A DNA stretch of 44,241 nt from an uncultured Acetobacteraceae bacterium (GCA_964252525.1 CAXUNZ010000005.1:1-44241); one strand, 5' to 3'; positions 28,823 through 37,985 are shown, counted from the stretch's first letter. Notes: generated by a model not told the origin, from the sequence alone. A program made the numbers and translations.

Positions 28823-30016
28823 TCACGAGATGACCCCCTCGTTTTCGAGCTCTGTGCGGCGCGCGCGCGTCAGTTTCAGCAGGTCGCCGAAGACATAATC
28901 CTCATGCTCGCCCAGCGCGGGCATCTGGGCGTTTAAATCAACGTCTGCGCCGGAAAAGCGGACCGGCGCGCGAACCACCGGACGGCTGCCCGACGGCAGG
29001 TTGCAGGTTTCGATTGCGCCGCGTGCACGCAGGTGGAGGTCTGCGGCAAGGTCGCGCGCATTCCAGGATGGGTGGGCCGCGATGCCGGCGCCCTGCAGCG
29101 AGCCTGCAGCTTCCTCCGCCGTGCGGCAGCGGGTCCAATCCGAAACGATGGCATCCAGTTGCTCGCGATGGGCGAGGCGCGAGGCGGAGGTGGCAAAACG
29201 TGCATCGCCCGCCAGTTCCGCCCGATCGATCACGCCGCACAGGGAGCGCCATTCATCATCCGTCCTGACCGCAATGGTCAGCCAGCAATCGTCGCCCGAT
29301 GATGGATAGACGCCGTGCGGCGACATGGCGGGATGAGCATTCCCCCAGCGTATCGGCTCGCCACCTGCTGCCGCTTCCAGCAGGACGTCACCGATGGACG
29401 CGGAGGCGACATCGCGCGCGGCCACGTCGTAGTAGCCGCCGCGCCCGTGCCGGGCACGGTTTTGCAGACCCGCCAGAACAGCCAAGGCGCCGTTCAGGCC
29501 AGCCGCGTGGTCCATGATGTGGCGCATTTCCAGCGGCGGCCCATCCTGGTAGCCCGACAAAGTGCCGAGCGCCCCCCAGGCGCCAAAGAGGGGTGCGTAC
29601 CCCGAAAACGCCGAGTCCGGGGACTCCTGCCCCGAGGAGGAGACCGACACCATGACCAGATCTGGCCTGCCCGCCGAAAGGGCTGGCCAACCCAGGCCCA
29701 ACCTGGCCATCACGCCCGCCCGGAAATTCTCCGCAACGGCATCCGATATGGCCACTATCGAGCGTGCGCGCGCGATTCCCGTCGGGTGCTTCAGGTTCAG
29801 GCGAACGGACAGCTTGCCGGCGGTGACGTGATCGAAGGCCGCAGGCTCGACGCGCCCATAAACGGCATGGGCCTTGCGGAAGATGTCCGGCCTGTGACGG
29901 CTCTCGATCTTGATGCATTCCGCGCCGAGCTGCGCCAGGATCTGCGTGCAGAATGGCCCCGCCGCGTGGACCGTGAAGTCGGCGATGCGAATGCCTGCCA
30001 GAACTTTCGGCATCAC
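28823..30016 (-). CDS. Family III (CaiB/BaiF) CoA-transferase, catalytic BbsF-like subunit
   Basis: L.GIRIADFT..AAGPFC...LA.LGAE.IKIES, GKLS..LNLK, ENFRAG...RLGL, SSSGQ; MDHAAG carries the active-site Asp. Confidence 0.9.
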   Translation of the reverse strand: MMPKVLAGIRIADFTVHAAGPFCTQILAQLGAECIKIESRHRPDIFRKAHAVYGRVEPAAFDHVTAGKLSVRLNLKHPTGIARARSIVAISDAVAENFRAGVMARLGLGWPALSAGRPDLVMVSVSSSGQESPDSAFSGYAPLFGAWGALGTLSGYQDGPPLEMRHIMDHAAGLNGALAVLAGLQNRARHGRGGYYDVAARDVASASIGDVLLEAAAGGEPIRWGNAHPAMSPHGVYPSSGDDCWLTIAVRTDDEWRSLCGVIDRAELAGDARFATSASRLAHREQLDAIVSDWTRCRTAEEAAGSLQGAGIAAHPSWNARDLAADLHLRARGAIETCNLPSGSRPVVRAPVRFSGADVDLNAQMPALGEHEDYVFGDLLKLTRARRTELENEGVIS

Positions 30017-31155
30017 GCCGCGCCATCCTCAAGCAGGAACTGGTGCGCGCCGATCGCCGGTGGTCCGGACGCCAGGCTCGGTGCCGCGCCGTCGATCTGC
30101 ATCGGCGCGACCAGGATCGGCATGTCGCCTTCACCTGGGATCGGCACCGACGAGAACAGGCCACGCGATCGCTCGTGTTCGCCGGCAAGGATTTCCGCCG
30201 GCTGACGGTATTTGGCAATCGGCACACCCAGCGCCTGCCCGGCGGCGACGATGTCATCGGCACATTTTTCGCGCGCCCATAGCCGGATCTGCTCGTTGAT
30301 GGCCGCGCCGCGGTGTCCCCGCTCGACGGGATCGGACAGCGCCGGGTCCTGCGACCACGCCGGCCGGCCAAGCAGGCGGACAAGGGCTCTCCATTGATGG
30401 TCCTCCGCCGTAATGATTTCGACGTAGCCGTCCAGGCAGCAAAACACGCCGCCGTAGCGGAAGGAGCGGGTCAGACGGTGCTCGAGCACGCCGTCTCCGA
30501 AGCGTTGGATCGTCATGACGCCAAGTGCCACGGCGACATCCTGGATGGAGATGTCGATGAACTGGCCGCCCAGGCGCGGCTTGGCAAACAGTGCCGCAAG
30601 CGCGCCCAGTCCTCCCGCAACGCCCGCCTGAACAAGAACGAAATCCCCGTAAATCTTCAGCGGTGGTCGCTCGGGGAACTGCTCCAGCGTCAAGCCATTC
30701 GGCAACAGGTTGCCTTCTCCGCCGGCGTGAACGAGGTTGATCTCCTCGCCTTTCCACGCCGCTTTCGGCCCCGTCGCCCCGAACGGCAGGATCGAGACAT
30801 GTATCAGATCCGGGTTGACCTCACGCGGATCAAACCCGTCCGAGGCGCGTTGCGCGACGGGCCTGTCATCGATCAGGATCGCGCTGCCGGCCATCAGACC
30901 GGCCAGGCCCTTTAGGTGTCCCTTCTCCGCGAGATCGCAAACCACGCTCGCTTTTCCCGCCGAAAAATACGCGAAGGCAGAGCTCACCCCCCCAGGCAGG
31001 AAGGGCGGCGCGCGCCGGAGCCCGCCGCCTTGGTGCGGCTCCAGCATGATTGTCTCCGCCCCGAGGGCAGCGAGCATGCGGCCGGCGTAGGACGCAGCGA
31101 CACCATCCGCACGCTCAAGGACGCGAATACCCGCGAGCGGGAGTGCCGTCGGCAT
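30013..31155 (-). CDS. Family III CoA-transferase, BbsE-like subunit (catalytic Asp apparently absent)
   Basis: PLAGIRVLE, YAGRMLA.LGAE, GKASV, SILPFG..GP, GQFIDISIQD, F.C.DGYV; FVLVQAG at the Asp position; ATGA overlap with its partner. Confidence 0.85.
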   Translation of the reverse strand: MPTALPLAGIRVLERADGVAASYAGRMLAALGAETIMLEPHQGGGLRRAPPFLPGGVSSAFAYFSAGKASVVCDLAEKGHLKGLAGLMAGSAILIDDRPVAQRASDGFDPREVNPDLIHVSILPFGATGPKAAWKGEEINLVHAGGEGNLLPNGLTLEQFPERPPLKIYGDFVLVQAGVAGGLGALAALFAKPRLGGQFIDISIQDVAVALGVMTIQRFGDGVLEHRLTRSFRYGGVFCCLDGYVEIITAEDHQWRALVRLLGRPAWSQDPALSDPVERGHRGAAINEQIRLWAREKCADDIVAAGQALGVPIAKYRQPAEILAGEHERSRGLFSSVPIPGEGDMPILVAPMQIDGAAPSLASGPPAIGAHQFLLEDGAA

Positions 31156-31162
31156 CGCCTAC

Positions 31163-32371
31163 CTAGCGGACCATTGGAAGATCCAGGTCCAGCGAGGCAG
31201 CGTCAAAGCGAACCGGGAACTCTGTCTTGCGGGACGGCAGGACAACGGTTGCCACACCGGGCGTGGTCACTTCGCCACGCTGGTTTTCGCCGCGGATCTC
31301 AATGTCAACGAGCGGATAATTGTCCTTGATGTATTTGCGCGAGACGCGACCCCTGCACCAGGTCGCATCGCCCATGACGTTGAAGCGGCGATATTCGGTT
31401 CGCACGCGCTTGAGAAAGGCCGCATCGCCCATCCAGTTGGTCACGAGGGTTGCCATCCAGGCGGTGCGCTGCGGCCCATAATCGTAGGTTCCCGGCACCC
31501 CCACCTGCTTGGCGGTGGACTCGCGATGATGGCCGATCCCGGTATATTCAAGGCCGCCGCCCGCCTCCGGATTACGGAAGAAATGGCCGGGGTGCTTCAT
31601 CGCCGCCTTGAACACCACGCCGTGCGTATGGCCGCGACCGCAAGCCACTAGATAGCCCATGGTGTCCATCATGGAGAGCGGGCCGCGGACTATCGGCGGC
31701 AATTCGTCGCCTTCGTTGACGTCTTCCCAATACCTGACGTTGGAACCCCTGATCGCCCGATCCTCGCCGATCGTTGCTTCTTCAATCGCGCTTATCTCGG
31801 CTTCGCTATATTCATAGGGAAGGATGTCCTTGTACTTGCCTGCATCCCGCGCCGCCTTGCGCTCATGACGAGTACACCAACCCAGCGCCTTGGCAACCAC
31901 CTCGCCGCGCTGGTTCGCGTAAACCGCTTCCACGTATTGCAGGACCAGCCTGCCGGAAAACTTGCTGGTCTTTTCCTCTACGCCCACGACCCGCTCGATG
32001 GCGGTAATGCGGTCGCCGACCCGTACGTGCCGGTAGAGCTCCCAATCGTTCCCCGCGCCGAAGCCATGCACGCCGGGCAGGCCCCACCGTGTGCGCCCAA
32101 CCCAGCCATAGGCCATCGGGAACATCGGATGGCCTAGCATCGCTCCGTAACGGCTCACGCGTCCCTGCTCGGGGTCGCGGTAAAGCGGGTTCAGATCACC
32201 AATACCGTTGCAGAAATTGCGCATCGTGTCCTGCGTCGCGTCCTGGAGATAAGGACCCTCGGGCCGCAGCTGCAGCCCGATCATGGCAACGGCGTCCGCT
32301 ACCGCTTCATCGGTAATCTTGCCTTCTGCCGGAGCATCTCCGACCGAAGCCATGTTATCTGCAACGTCCAT
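31163..32371 (-). CDS. MaoC/FAS1-like double-hotdog (de)hydratase
   Basis: RNFCNGIGDLNPLY, V.VGD.I, Y.NQRGEVVA, YWEDV.EGDELP, HH....A..VGVPG.YDYGPQR, TNWMGD, ENQRGE.T.PG.A.V.LPSR: two hotdog repeats. Confidence 0.82.
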   Translation of the reverse strand: MDVADNMASVGDAPAEGKITDEAVADAVAMIGLQLRPEGPYLQDATQDTMRNFCNGIGDLNPLYRDPEQGRVSRYGAMLGHPMFPMAYGWVGRTRWGLPGVHGFGAGNDWELYRHVRVGDRITAIERVVGVEEKTSKFSGRLVLQYVEAVYANQRGEVVAKALGWCTRHERKAARDAGKYKDILPYEYSEAEISAIEEATIGEDRAIRGSNVRYWEDVNEGDELPPIVRGPLSMMDTMGYLVACGRGHTHGVVFKAAMKHPGHFFRNPEAGGGLEYTGIGHHRESTAKQVGVPGTYDYGPQRTAWMATLVTNWMGDAAFLKRVRTEYRRFNVMGDATWCRGRVSRKYIKDNYPLVDIEIRGENQRGEVTTPGVATVVLPSRKTEFPVRFDAASLDLDLPMVR

Positions 32372-32418
32372 CTTTCAGATCTCCTCGAACATCGTTCGGG
32401 CCGCCGATTTGACAGCAG

Positions 32419-32434
32419 TCTCACGTATGTGCAT
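32419..32434. promoter_or_regulatory. Operator-like site in divergent promoter region
   Basis: TCTCACGTATGTGCAT, just 3' of TTGACA (32409); same motif as at 13256 and 21389. Confidence 0.55.
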
Positions 32435-32500
32435 TTATTTATCACATGAACGCAAGAAGCCGATCTTCCTCTCGCTTGTCAACGGGTCAGGGTCGCGGCG

Positions 32501-33346
32501 GTGCATCGAAATTCTGTGCATGAGACAGGGCAGGCCGGCTTGAAATCCCAGGATGCTGCCGCTTACGAGACCTTGCGTTTGAGCCAACCCGCCGAAGGCG
32601 TGCTTCTGGTCGCGCTCAATCGGCCTGACGTCCGCAACGCGCTGAACACCCAGATGGGGCGCGATTTGTGCGGCGTATTCGGCCCGATGCGGTTCTCGCC
32701 GGGTGATTTGCGCTGCGTGGTCGTCACTGGCTCGGGCGAAAAAGCCTTCTGCGCCGGCGGCGACCTCAAGGAGCGCGACGGCATGGATGATGCCGCTTGG
32801 CGTCTGCAGCACGCGATATTCGAACAAGCCTTCTATGCAATCATGGACAGCACCGTGCCCGTGATTGCCGCAGTAAATGGCGCGGCTTACGGCGGCGGCT
32901 GCGAACTCGCCCTTGCCTGCGACTTCGCCTATGCGTCCATGGAGGCCCGTTTCGCACTTACGGAAGTGACGATCGGATTGATCCCAGGGGTTGGCGGCAC
33001 GCAAAACCTGCCTCGTGCCGTGGGCGAGAGACGTGCCAAGGAGCTGATCCTTTCTGGACGGCCGTTTTCCTCAGCCGATGCGCTTGAATGGGGGATGATC
33101 AACGCTGTCTTTCCGGCTGACGCGCTTCTGTCGGGCACGCTGGAGACCGCTAGCCTGATCGCCGCGAACGCGCCGATTGCCGTGCGTCAGGCCAAGCTGG
33201 CGATCCATCGCGGCCTGCAAGGGGATCTGAGGACGGGCCTCGTCCTCGAGGTCAACGCCTATGAACGCGTCCTCTCGAGCGCCGACCGGCGCGAGGGCGT
33301 GGCCGCCTTCGTTCAGAAGCGCCGTCCCGCGTTCAAGGGCAGCTAG
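32501..33346 (+). CDS. Enoyl-CoA hydratase (methylglutaconyl-CoA hydratase-like)
   Basis: LNRP.VRNAL, KAFCAGGDLKE, GGGCELAL and FALTEV.IG.IPG.GGTQ.LPR; both catalytic Glu present; exact start uncertain. Confidence 0.92.
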   Translation: MHRNSVHETGQAGLKSQDAAAYETLRLSQPAEGVLLVALNRPDVRNALNTQMGRDLCGVFGPMRFSPGDLRCVVVTGSGEKAFCAGGDLKERDGMDDAAWRLQHAIFEQAFYAIMDSTVPVIAAVNGAAYGGGCELALACDFAYASMEARFALTEVTIGLIPGVGGTQNLPRAVGERRAKELILSGRPFSSADALEWGMINAVFPADALLSGTLETASLIAANAPIAVRQAKLAIHRGLQGDLRTGLVLEVNAYERVLSSADRREGVAAFVQKRRPAFKGS

Positions 33347-33347
33347 C

Positions 33348-34274
33348 GTGAGAGATGTCGCCATCCGCGAAGTGGGTCTGCGCGACGGCTTGCAGATCCT
33401 GCCGGACGTCATGCCCTTCGCCGCAAAGCGAGACTGGATTTCCCGTGAAGCGGCGTGCGGCGTTAACGAGATTGAGGTCACTTCTTTCGTTCCGCCCAGG
33501 CTTTTGCCGCAATTCGGCGATGCGGCCGAAATCTGCGCTCATGCCGGCAGCATCGAGGGCCTCGCCGTCTCCGCATTGGTGCCAAACCTCAGGGGTGCGG
33601 AGCACGCCATCAGCGCGGGCGTCGACAAGATCGTCTTCGTGGTTTCGGTCAGTGAGCAGCACAACCGGGCGAATGTGCGCCAGAGCGTCACCGACTCCAC
33701 CGCAGAATTTGGCCGCCTGGCTGCCCTGCTGAGCGCGGCCACGGGGCGCCGACCGCGCCTGGTGGCCGGGCTAGCCACCAGCTTCGGATGCTCGATCGCC
33801 GGCGATGTGGCGCAGGCGGACGTGCGGGATCTGGCCGCACGGCTGATCAGGCTGGGCGCAGACGAGCTGCTCATCGCCGACACTGTTGGGTACGGAAATC
33901 CCGCGGCTGTCCGCACCCTGTTCTCCTCGCTGTTTGCCGATTTCGGGGAGGAGTTCCCCATGACCGCCCACTTGCACGACACGCGGGGTCTGGGATTGGC
34001 CAACGCGGTTGCTGCTCACGATGCGGGCGTGCGCGCCTTCGATGGCGCGTTGGGGGGCTTGGGCGGCTGCCCGCATGCACCCGGTGCCAGCGGCAACGTC
34101 GCGACCGAAGACCTTGTCTTCGCCTTCGAATCCATGGGCCAGCGGACGGGCATCGACCTGATGATGTTGCTGCAGGTACGGGCGGAGCTGGAGCACAAGC
34201 TGCCGGGCGCGCCTTTTACGGGTGCGATTGCTCGCGCCGGACTTCCAAGGAATTGGACGAATGCTGCTGACTGA
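33348..34274 (+). CDS. Hydroxymethylglutaryl-CoA lyase family protein (HMG-/citramalyl-CoA lyase-like)
   Basis: IREVGLRDGLQ, EVTSFV, SFGC, ADTVG, HLHDTRG.GLAN, GGLGGCP.APGASGNVATED. GTG start immediately after the hydratase stop. Confidence 0.93.
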   Translation: MRDVAIREVGLRDGLQILPDVMPFAAKRDWISREAACGVNEIEVTSFVPPRLLPQFGDAAEICAHAGSIEGLAVSALVPNLRGAEHAISAGVDKIVFVVSVSEQHNRANVRQSVTDSTAEFGRLAALLSAATGRRPRLVAGLATSFGCSIAGDVAQADVRDLAARLIRLGADELLIADTVGYGNPAAVRTLFSSLFADFGEEFPMTAHLHDTRGLGLANAVAAHDAGVRAFDGALGGLGGCPHAPGASGNVATEDLVFAFESMGQRTGIDLMMLLQVRAELEHKLPGAPFTGAIARAGLPRNWTNAAD

Positions 34275-35388
34275 GGCTGACGGCAAGCGGCTGCTCGCCC
34301 GGGCAAGCATCCCGATTCCGGCCGGAATCAAAGTGCACACTGCCGCGCAGCTGCGCGATCCGGCCATCGCCTTTCCGGCCGCGCTTAAGGCCCAGGTGGC
34401 GAGCGGCGGCCGCGGTCTGGCCGGAGGTGTCGTGCGGTGCGCCGATGTCTCGGAGGCCGAAGCCGCTTTCGACCGCATTATGACAATCCGGTTTGGCGAT
34501 GCGATGCCCAGCTCGATCTTGGTCGAGCCATGGCTGCCGATTGCCCGCGAGCTGTACCTCGCGGTTGTAGTCGATGGGCGCGCAGGCGGTTTTAGCGTGC
34601 TGTACGCGCCTAAGGGCGGCGTCAAGGTCGAGAGCGGCGAGACACCCGCCATCTATGAAGTCGGGCTGCCGGAAAACTACCGGGCCCATAAGCTGCGCGC
34701 CATCCTGGGTGGCGTGGAGCCGGACGGGCGAGTCGTCGAACGTGTCACGGCCCTGGCGCGGCGACTGCTGCGAGTTGCCCAGGCGCAGGATTGCATGACG
34801 GTCGAGATCAACCCTCTCGTGCTGCTGGAGGACGGCAGCCTGGTGGCGGCCGATGCGAAGATCGTTCTGGATGAGGCGGCCGCCTTCCGCCAGGCCGTGA
34901 CGCAGGAGCGCCTGGCCGCTGCCAGGCAAGCGGAGCCGGACGACGTGCGCCGGTGCCAGGAGGCCAATCTCGTGCTGGTGTGGCTGGATGGCGATGTCGG
35001 CCTCGTGTCGGGCGGGGCCGGCATGACTATGGGCGCGATGGATGCGATCCAGGCTGCCGGTGGACATGCGGCCTGCTTCCTGGATTGCAGCGGCAACCCG
35101 ACCAAAGCCGGATTTGCGCTCGCGGTCGAACTGCTCGAACGCAGTCCACGCGTCCGGAGCATCCTAATCAGCATCTTCGGCGGCGGCCTGCAGGTTGACC
35201 GCGTCGCCCGCACGCTCATTGAGGTCCTGGCAGGCGGATTGACGACCAAGCCGATCGTGTTCCGCCTAGACGGAACCCGGAACGAGGCGGCAACCCAAAC
35301 CCTGGCGGCGGCGGGCTACGCCAATCACACCACGCTCGAAGCGGCGGTGAGCGATGCTGTCGCCCACGCCAAGGCGGACCGCGCATGA
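34261..35388 (+). CDS. sucC: Succinyl-CoA synthetase beta-subunit-like ADP-forming acyl-CoA ligase (divergent paralogue)
   Basis: ML.E..GK.LL, LKAQV..GGRG.AGGV, RELYL, VEINPL, ADAK..LD..A.FRQ, LDG.VG...GGAG..M..MD, FLD, IFGG; ATG at 34261. Confidence 0.85.
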   Translation: MLLTEADGKRLLARASIPIPAGIKVHTAAQLRDPAIAFPAALKAQVASGGRGLAGGVVRCADVSEAEAAFDRIMTIRFGDAMPSSILVEPWLPIARELYLAVVVDGRAGGFSVLYAPKGGVKVESGETPAIYEVGLPENYRAHKLRAILGGVEPDGRVVERVTALARRLLRVAQAQDCMTVEINPLVLLEDGSLVAADAKIVLDEAAAFRQAVTQERLAAARQAEPDDVRRCQEANLVLVWLDGDVGLVSGGAGMTMGAMDAIQAAGGHAACFLDCSGNPTKAGFALAVELLERSPRVRSILISIFGGGLQVDRVARTLIEVLAGGLTTKPIVFRLDGTRNEAATQTLAAAGYANHTTLEAAVSDAVAHAKADRA

Positions 35389-36287
35389 GCATTTTGCTGG
35401 ATCGCTCAGTCCGGGTCGTGATGCTGGGCATAACCGGTCGCCTGGGGGTCTTCTCGGCCAAGGACCTGATCGAATACGGCACCACACTCGTCGCGGGTGT
35501 ATCGCCCGGCCGGGGCGGCACGATCGTCGAGGGCGTACCCGTCTTTGGCACCACGGCCGATGCGGTCCGCGAGACCGCGGCCGATGCGGCCATCGTCTAT
35601 GTGCCGGCGCCTTTGGCGCTGGACGCCGTGCTCGAGACCTTCGATCTCGGGCTTCGCCTCGTGGCCTACCCCGGTGACGGCCTGCCTGTCGCTGATGCAA
35701 TGCAGATGCGGGCAGCGGCCCGCGCGAACGGCGCGTGGATGGTTGGGCCCAATTCGCCGGGCATCATCTCTCCGGGCCAGGCCAAGCTCGGTTTCATGCC
35801 CAGCTATTGCTTCACGCCCGGTCCGGTGGGCGTCATCTCCCGCAGTGGTTCTCTGTCCTACGAGGCGGCATACCGGCTCTCTGCGGCCGGGCTCGGGCAA
35901 TCCAGCGTCGTCGGCATCGGCGGTGACCCGGTCAAGGGCGTGCGGGCAGGTGAGGCCGTGGAGATGTTCCACGCCGATCCTGCTACCGCCGCCATCGTCT
36001 ATCTGGGAGAGATCGGCGGGGCAGACGAGTATGCCGTTGCCGACTACGCGTCTCGGCCGGGTGCCAAGCCGGTGGCCGCCTTGCTGGTGGGGCGCACGGC
36101 GCCGCCCGGCAAGAAGATGGGCCACGCCGCCGCCCTGATCGGATCGGCGGCCGATACATGGGCCTCCAAGGTCGACGCCATGGAGAGGTCGGGTATCGAT
36201 GTCGCGCGCAGCATCGGTGCGCTTGTCGAAGCGACGCGGACCGCGCTGGCCCGCGCCTCGTCCGCACCGCTTGTAACGGTCGGTTGA
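35385..36287 (+). CDS. sucD: Succinyl-CoA synthetase alpha-subunit-like
   Basis: MSILL, GITGR, GT..VAGVSPG.GG, GPNSPGIISPG, ISRSGSLSYE, GQS..VGIGGDP, GEIGG, phospho-His motif KKMGHA. Confidence 0.9.
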   Translation: MSILLDRSVRVVMLGITGRLGVFSAKDLIEYGTTLVAGVSPGRGGTIVEGVPVFGTTADAVRETAADAAIVYVPAPLALDAVLETFDLGLRLVAYPGDGLPVADAMQMRAAARANGAWMVGPNSPGIISPGQAKLGFMPSYCFTPGPVGVISRSGSLSYEAAYRLSAAGLGQSSVVGIGGDPVKGVRAGEAVEMFHADPATAAIVYLGEIGGADEYAVADYASRPGAKPVAALLVGRTAPPGKKMGHAAALIGSAADTWASKVDAMERSGIDVARSIGALVEATRTALARASSAPLVTVG

Positions 36288-36315
36288 GTGCAAGCGCAAC
36301 GCAATCGAGCCTGAT

Positions 36316-37977
36316 ATGCACGCAGACCCGTCCAAGCTCATGAAAGTGCACCAGGCAGTTGCGCGCGCGCTCGCCGATAATGGGGTGGACACGATATTCG
36401 GCGTCATGGGTGACGCCAACATGTTCGCCATGCACAGCTTCGTGCATGATTGCGGTGGCATTTTCGTATCGGCATCTCACGAAGTCGGCGCAGCCCTGAT
36501 GGCGCTTGGCTACGCCACCCTCTCGGGCAAGGCCGGTGTATGTTCGGTCACGCACGGTCCCGGCTTGACAAATACCGTTACGGCACTTGTCGAGGGCGTG
36601 AAAGGATCGGTGCCGATGGTCATCGTTTGCGGCGACACGGCGCTCCTCGATCGGGAAAACAACCAGAACGTCGCTCAACGCGATATCGTCATCGCAACTG
36701 GAGCAGGATTCGAACAGCTCCGCTCACCGCAAACAGCGAGCCAGGACGTGGCCATGGCGCTGCGTAGGGCAATGACCGAACGCCGTCCAATTGCACTGAA
36801 CATGCCCAGCGAGCTGGACTGGAGCCCTGTTGACTACCAGCCCGTGATCGTTCGCCTTCCGGTGGATCGGGCTGTGGTGTTGGCCAGCGAAGACTTGGAC
36901 AACGCGATCGGCATGATGGCCGCGGCGCGGCGCCCAGTCATCCTCGCCGGGCGCGGCGCGGCTTGCGCCGCGGCCAAATGTGCCATTCTGAAACTCGCCC
37001 GGCGCATCGAGGCGCCGCTCACCACCACGCTGAAAGCCAAGGATCTCTTTGATGGCGAAGATTACAACCTTGGCATTTGCGGCACTGTCAGCACGCAAGC
37101 GGCTGTCGAGACGATCATGGAGAGCGACTGCCTGATTTCATTTGGCGCCAGCCTGAATTACCGCACCACTTCGAAAGGCGCATTCCTCAGAGGAAAACGC
37201 GTCATCCAGGTCAATCTCGAGCAGTCGGAAATTGGCAAGAACGTCCAACCCGATGTCGGCCTGGTTGGAGATCCGGCGGCCGTGGCGGACCTCATGACCC
37301 ATTGGCTGGATGAGGCGGAGATCCCACCATCGAGTTGGTACTCGGACGAGTTGAAGGAGCGGATTGCGTCGGCGCGTCCGGACATCGACCAACAGGACGA
37401 TTATGACAACGGCACGGTCAATTACCTGAGTACCCTGCTGCGCATTGGCGCGTTCCTGCCGCAAGACCGCATACTCGTGACCGATGGCGGCCGGTTCATG
37501 CTACGAACATGGCCGCTGCTGCGCGCTTCACCTGGGCGTTCGTTCATCGCGCCGGTCAATTTTGGATCGATCGGGCTCGGTCTATCGCACGCCATTGGCG
37601 CAGCCTACGCCGGGCGCGGGCGTCCCGTCGTGCTCGTTACGGGAGACGGCGGATTCATGAATGGCGGTCTGGCCGAATTCAACACCGCGGTGAGAGGCAA
37701 ATTGGACCTGATCGTAATCATATGCAACGACAATGCCTACGGCGCCGAAGTCGTCAAGTTCAACGACAGATATCCCGGTGACAAGATGGACCCGGGAATG
37801 ATTACGTTTGATTGGCCGGATTTCGCACCAGTTGCTATCGCCTTGGGTGGCAATGGCGTCACGATCAGGTCTGCAAACGACCTTGTTTCGGCCGAACAGG
37901 CGATAAGCCAACGCAACGGTCCGTTGCTAATCGACATCAAGGTTGATCCCTACCGGATGGCCATGTCACTGGGCTGA
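36316..37977 (+). CDS. ThDP-dependent enzyme, ALS-like 'GDANM' subgroup (paralogue 1)
   Basis: GVDTIFGVMGDANMF, SHE, VTHGPG.TN, GSIGLG, TGDGGFM..NDNAYGAE. Confidence 0.9.
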   Translation: MHADPSKLMKVHQAVARALADNGVDTIFGVMGDANMFAMHSFVHDCGGIFVSASHEVGAALMALGYATLSGKAGVCSVTHGPGLTNTVTALVEGVKGSVPMVIVCGDTALLDRENNQNVAQRDIVIATGAGFEQLRSPQTASQDVAMALRRAMTERRPIALNMPSELDWSPVDYQPVIVRLPVDRAVVLASEDLDNAIGMMAAARRPVILAGRGAACAAAKCAILKLARRIEAPLTTTLKAKDLFDGEDYNLGICGTVSTQAAVETIMESDCLISFGASLNYRTTSKGAFLRGKRVIQVNLEQSEIGKNVQPDVGLVGDPAAVADLMTHWLDEAEIPPSSWYSDELKERIASARPDIDQQDDYDNGTVNYLSTLLRIGAFLPQDRILVTDGGRFMLRTWPLLRASPGRSFIAPVNFGSIGLGLSHAIGAAYAGRGRPVVLVTGDGGFMNGGLAEFNTAVRGKLDLIVIICNDNAYGAEVVKFNDRYPGDKMDPGMITFDWPDFAPVAIALGGNGVTIRSANDLVSAEQAISQRNGPLLIDIKVDPYRMAMSLG

Positions 37978-37985
37978 GCGCGCGT

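Noticed and set aside
33261-33347. N-terminal extensions of HMG-CoA lyase (and of SucC at 34222, ThDP2 at 42916)
   Set aside because: They overlap neighbours or regulatory DNA; better starts lie downstream.
5517-36287. 3-mercaptopropionate/3-sulfinopropionate pathway (cupin, SucCD, CoA-transferase, Glu-less ACAD)
   Set aside because: Superficially similar parts list, but the cupins lack the 3-His thiol-dioxygenase signature and the ACAD appears to lack the desulfinase residues.
35406-36461. 351-aa minus-strand ORF (similarly 29388-30383, 29315-30205, 14386-15336, 25834-26829, 33771-34652)
   Set aside because: Each overlaps a well-supported gene in another frame or strand; compositionally biased and without family motifs.
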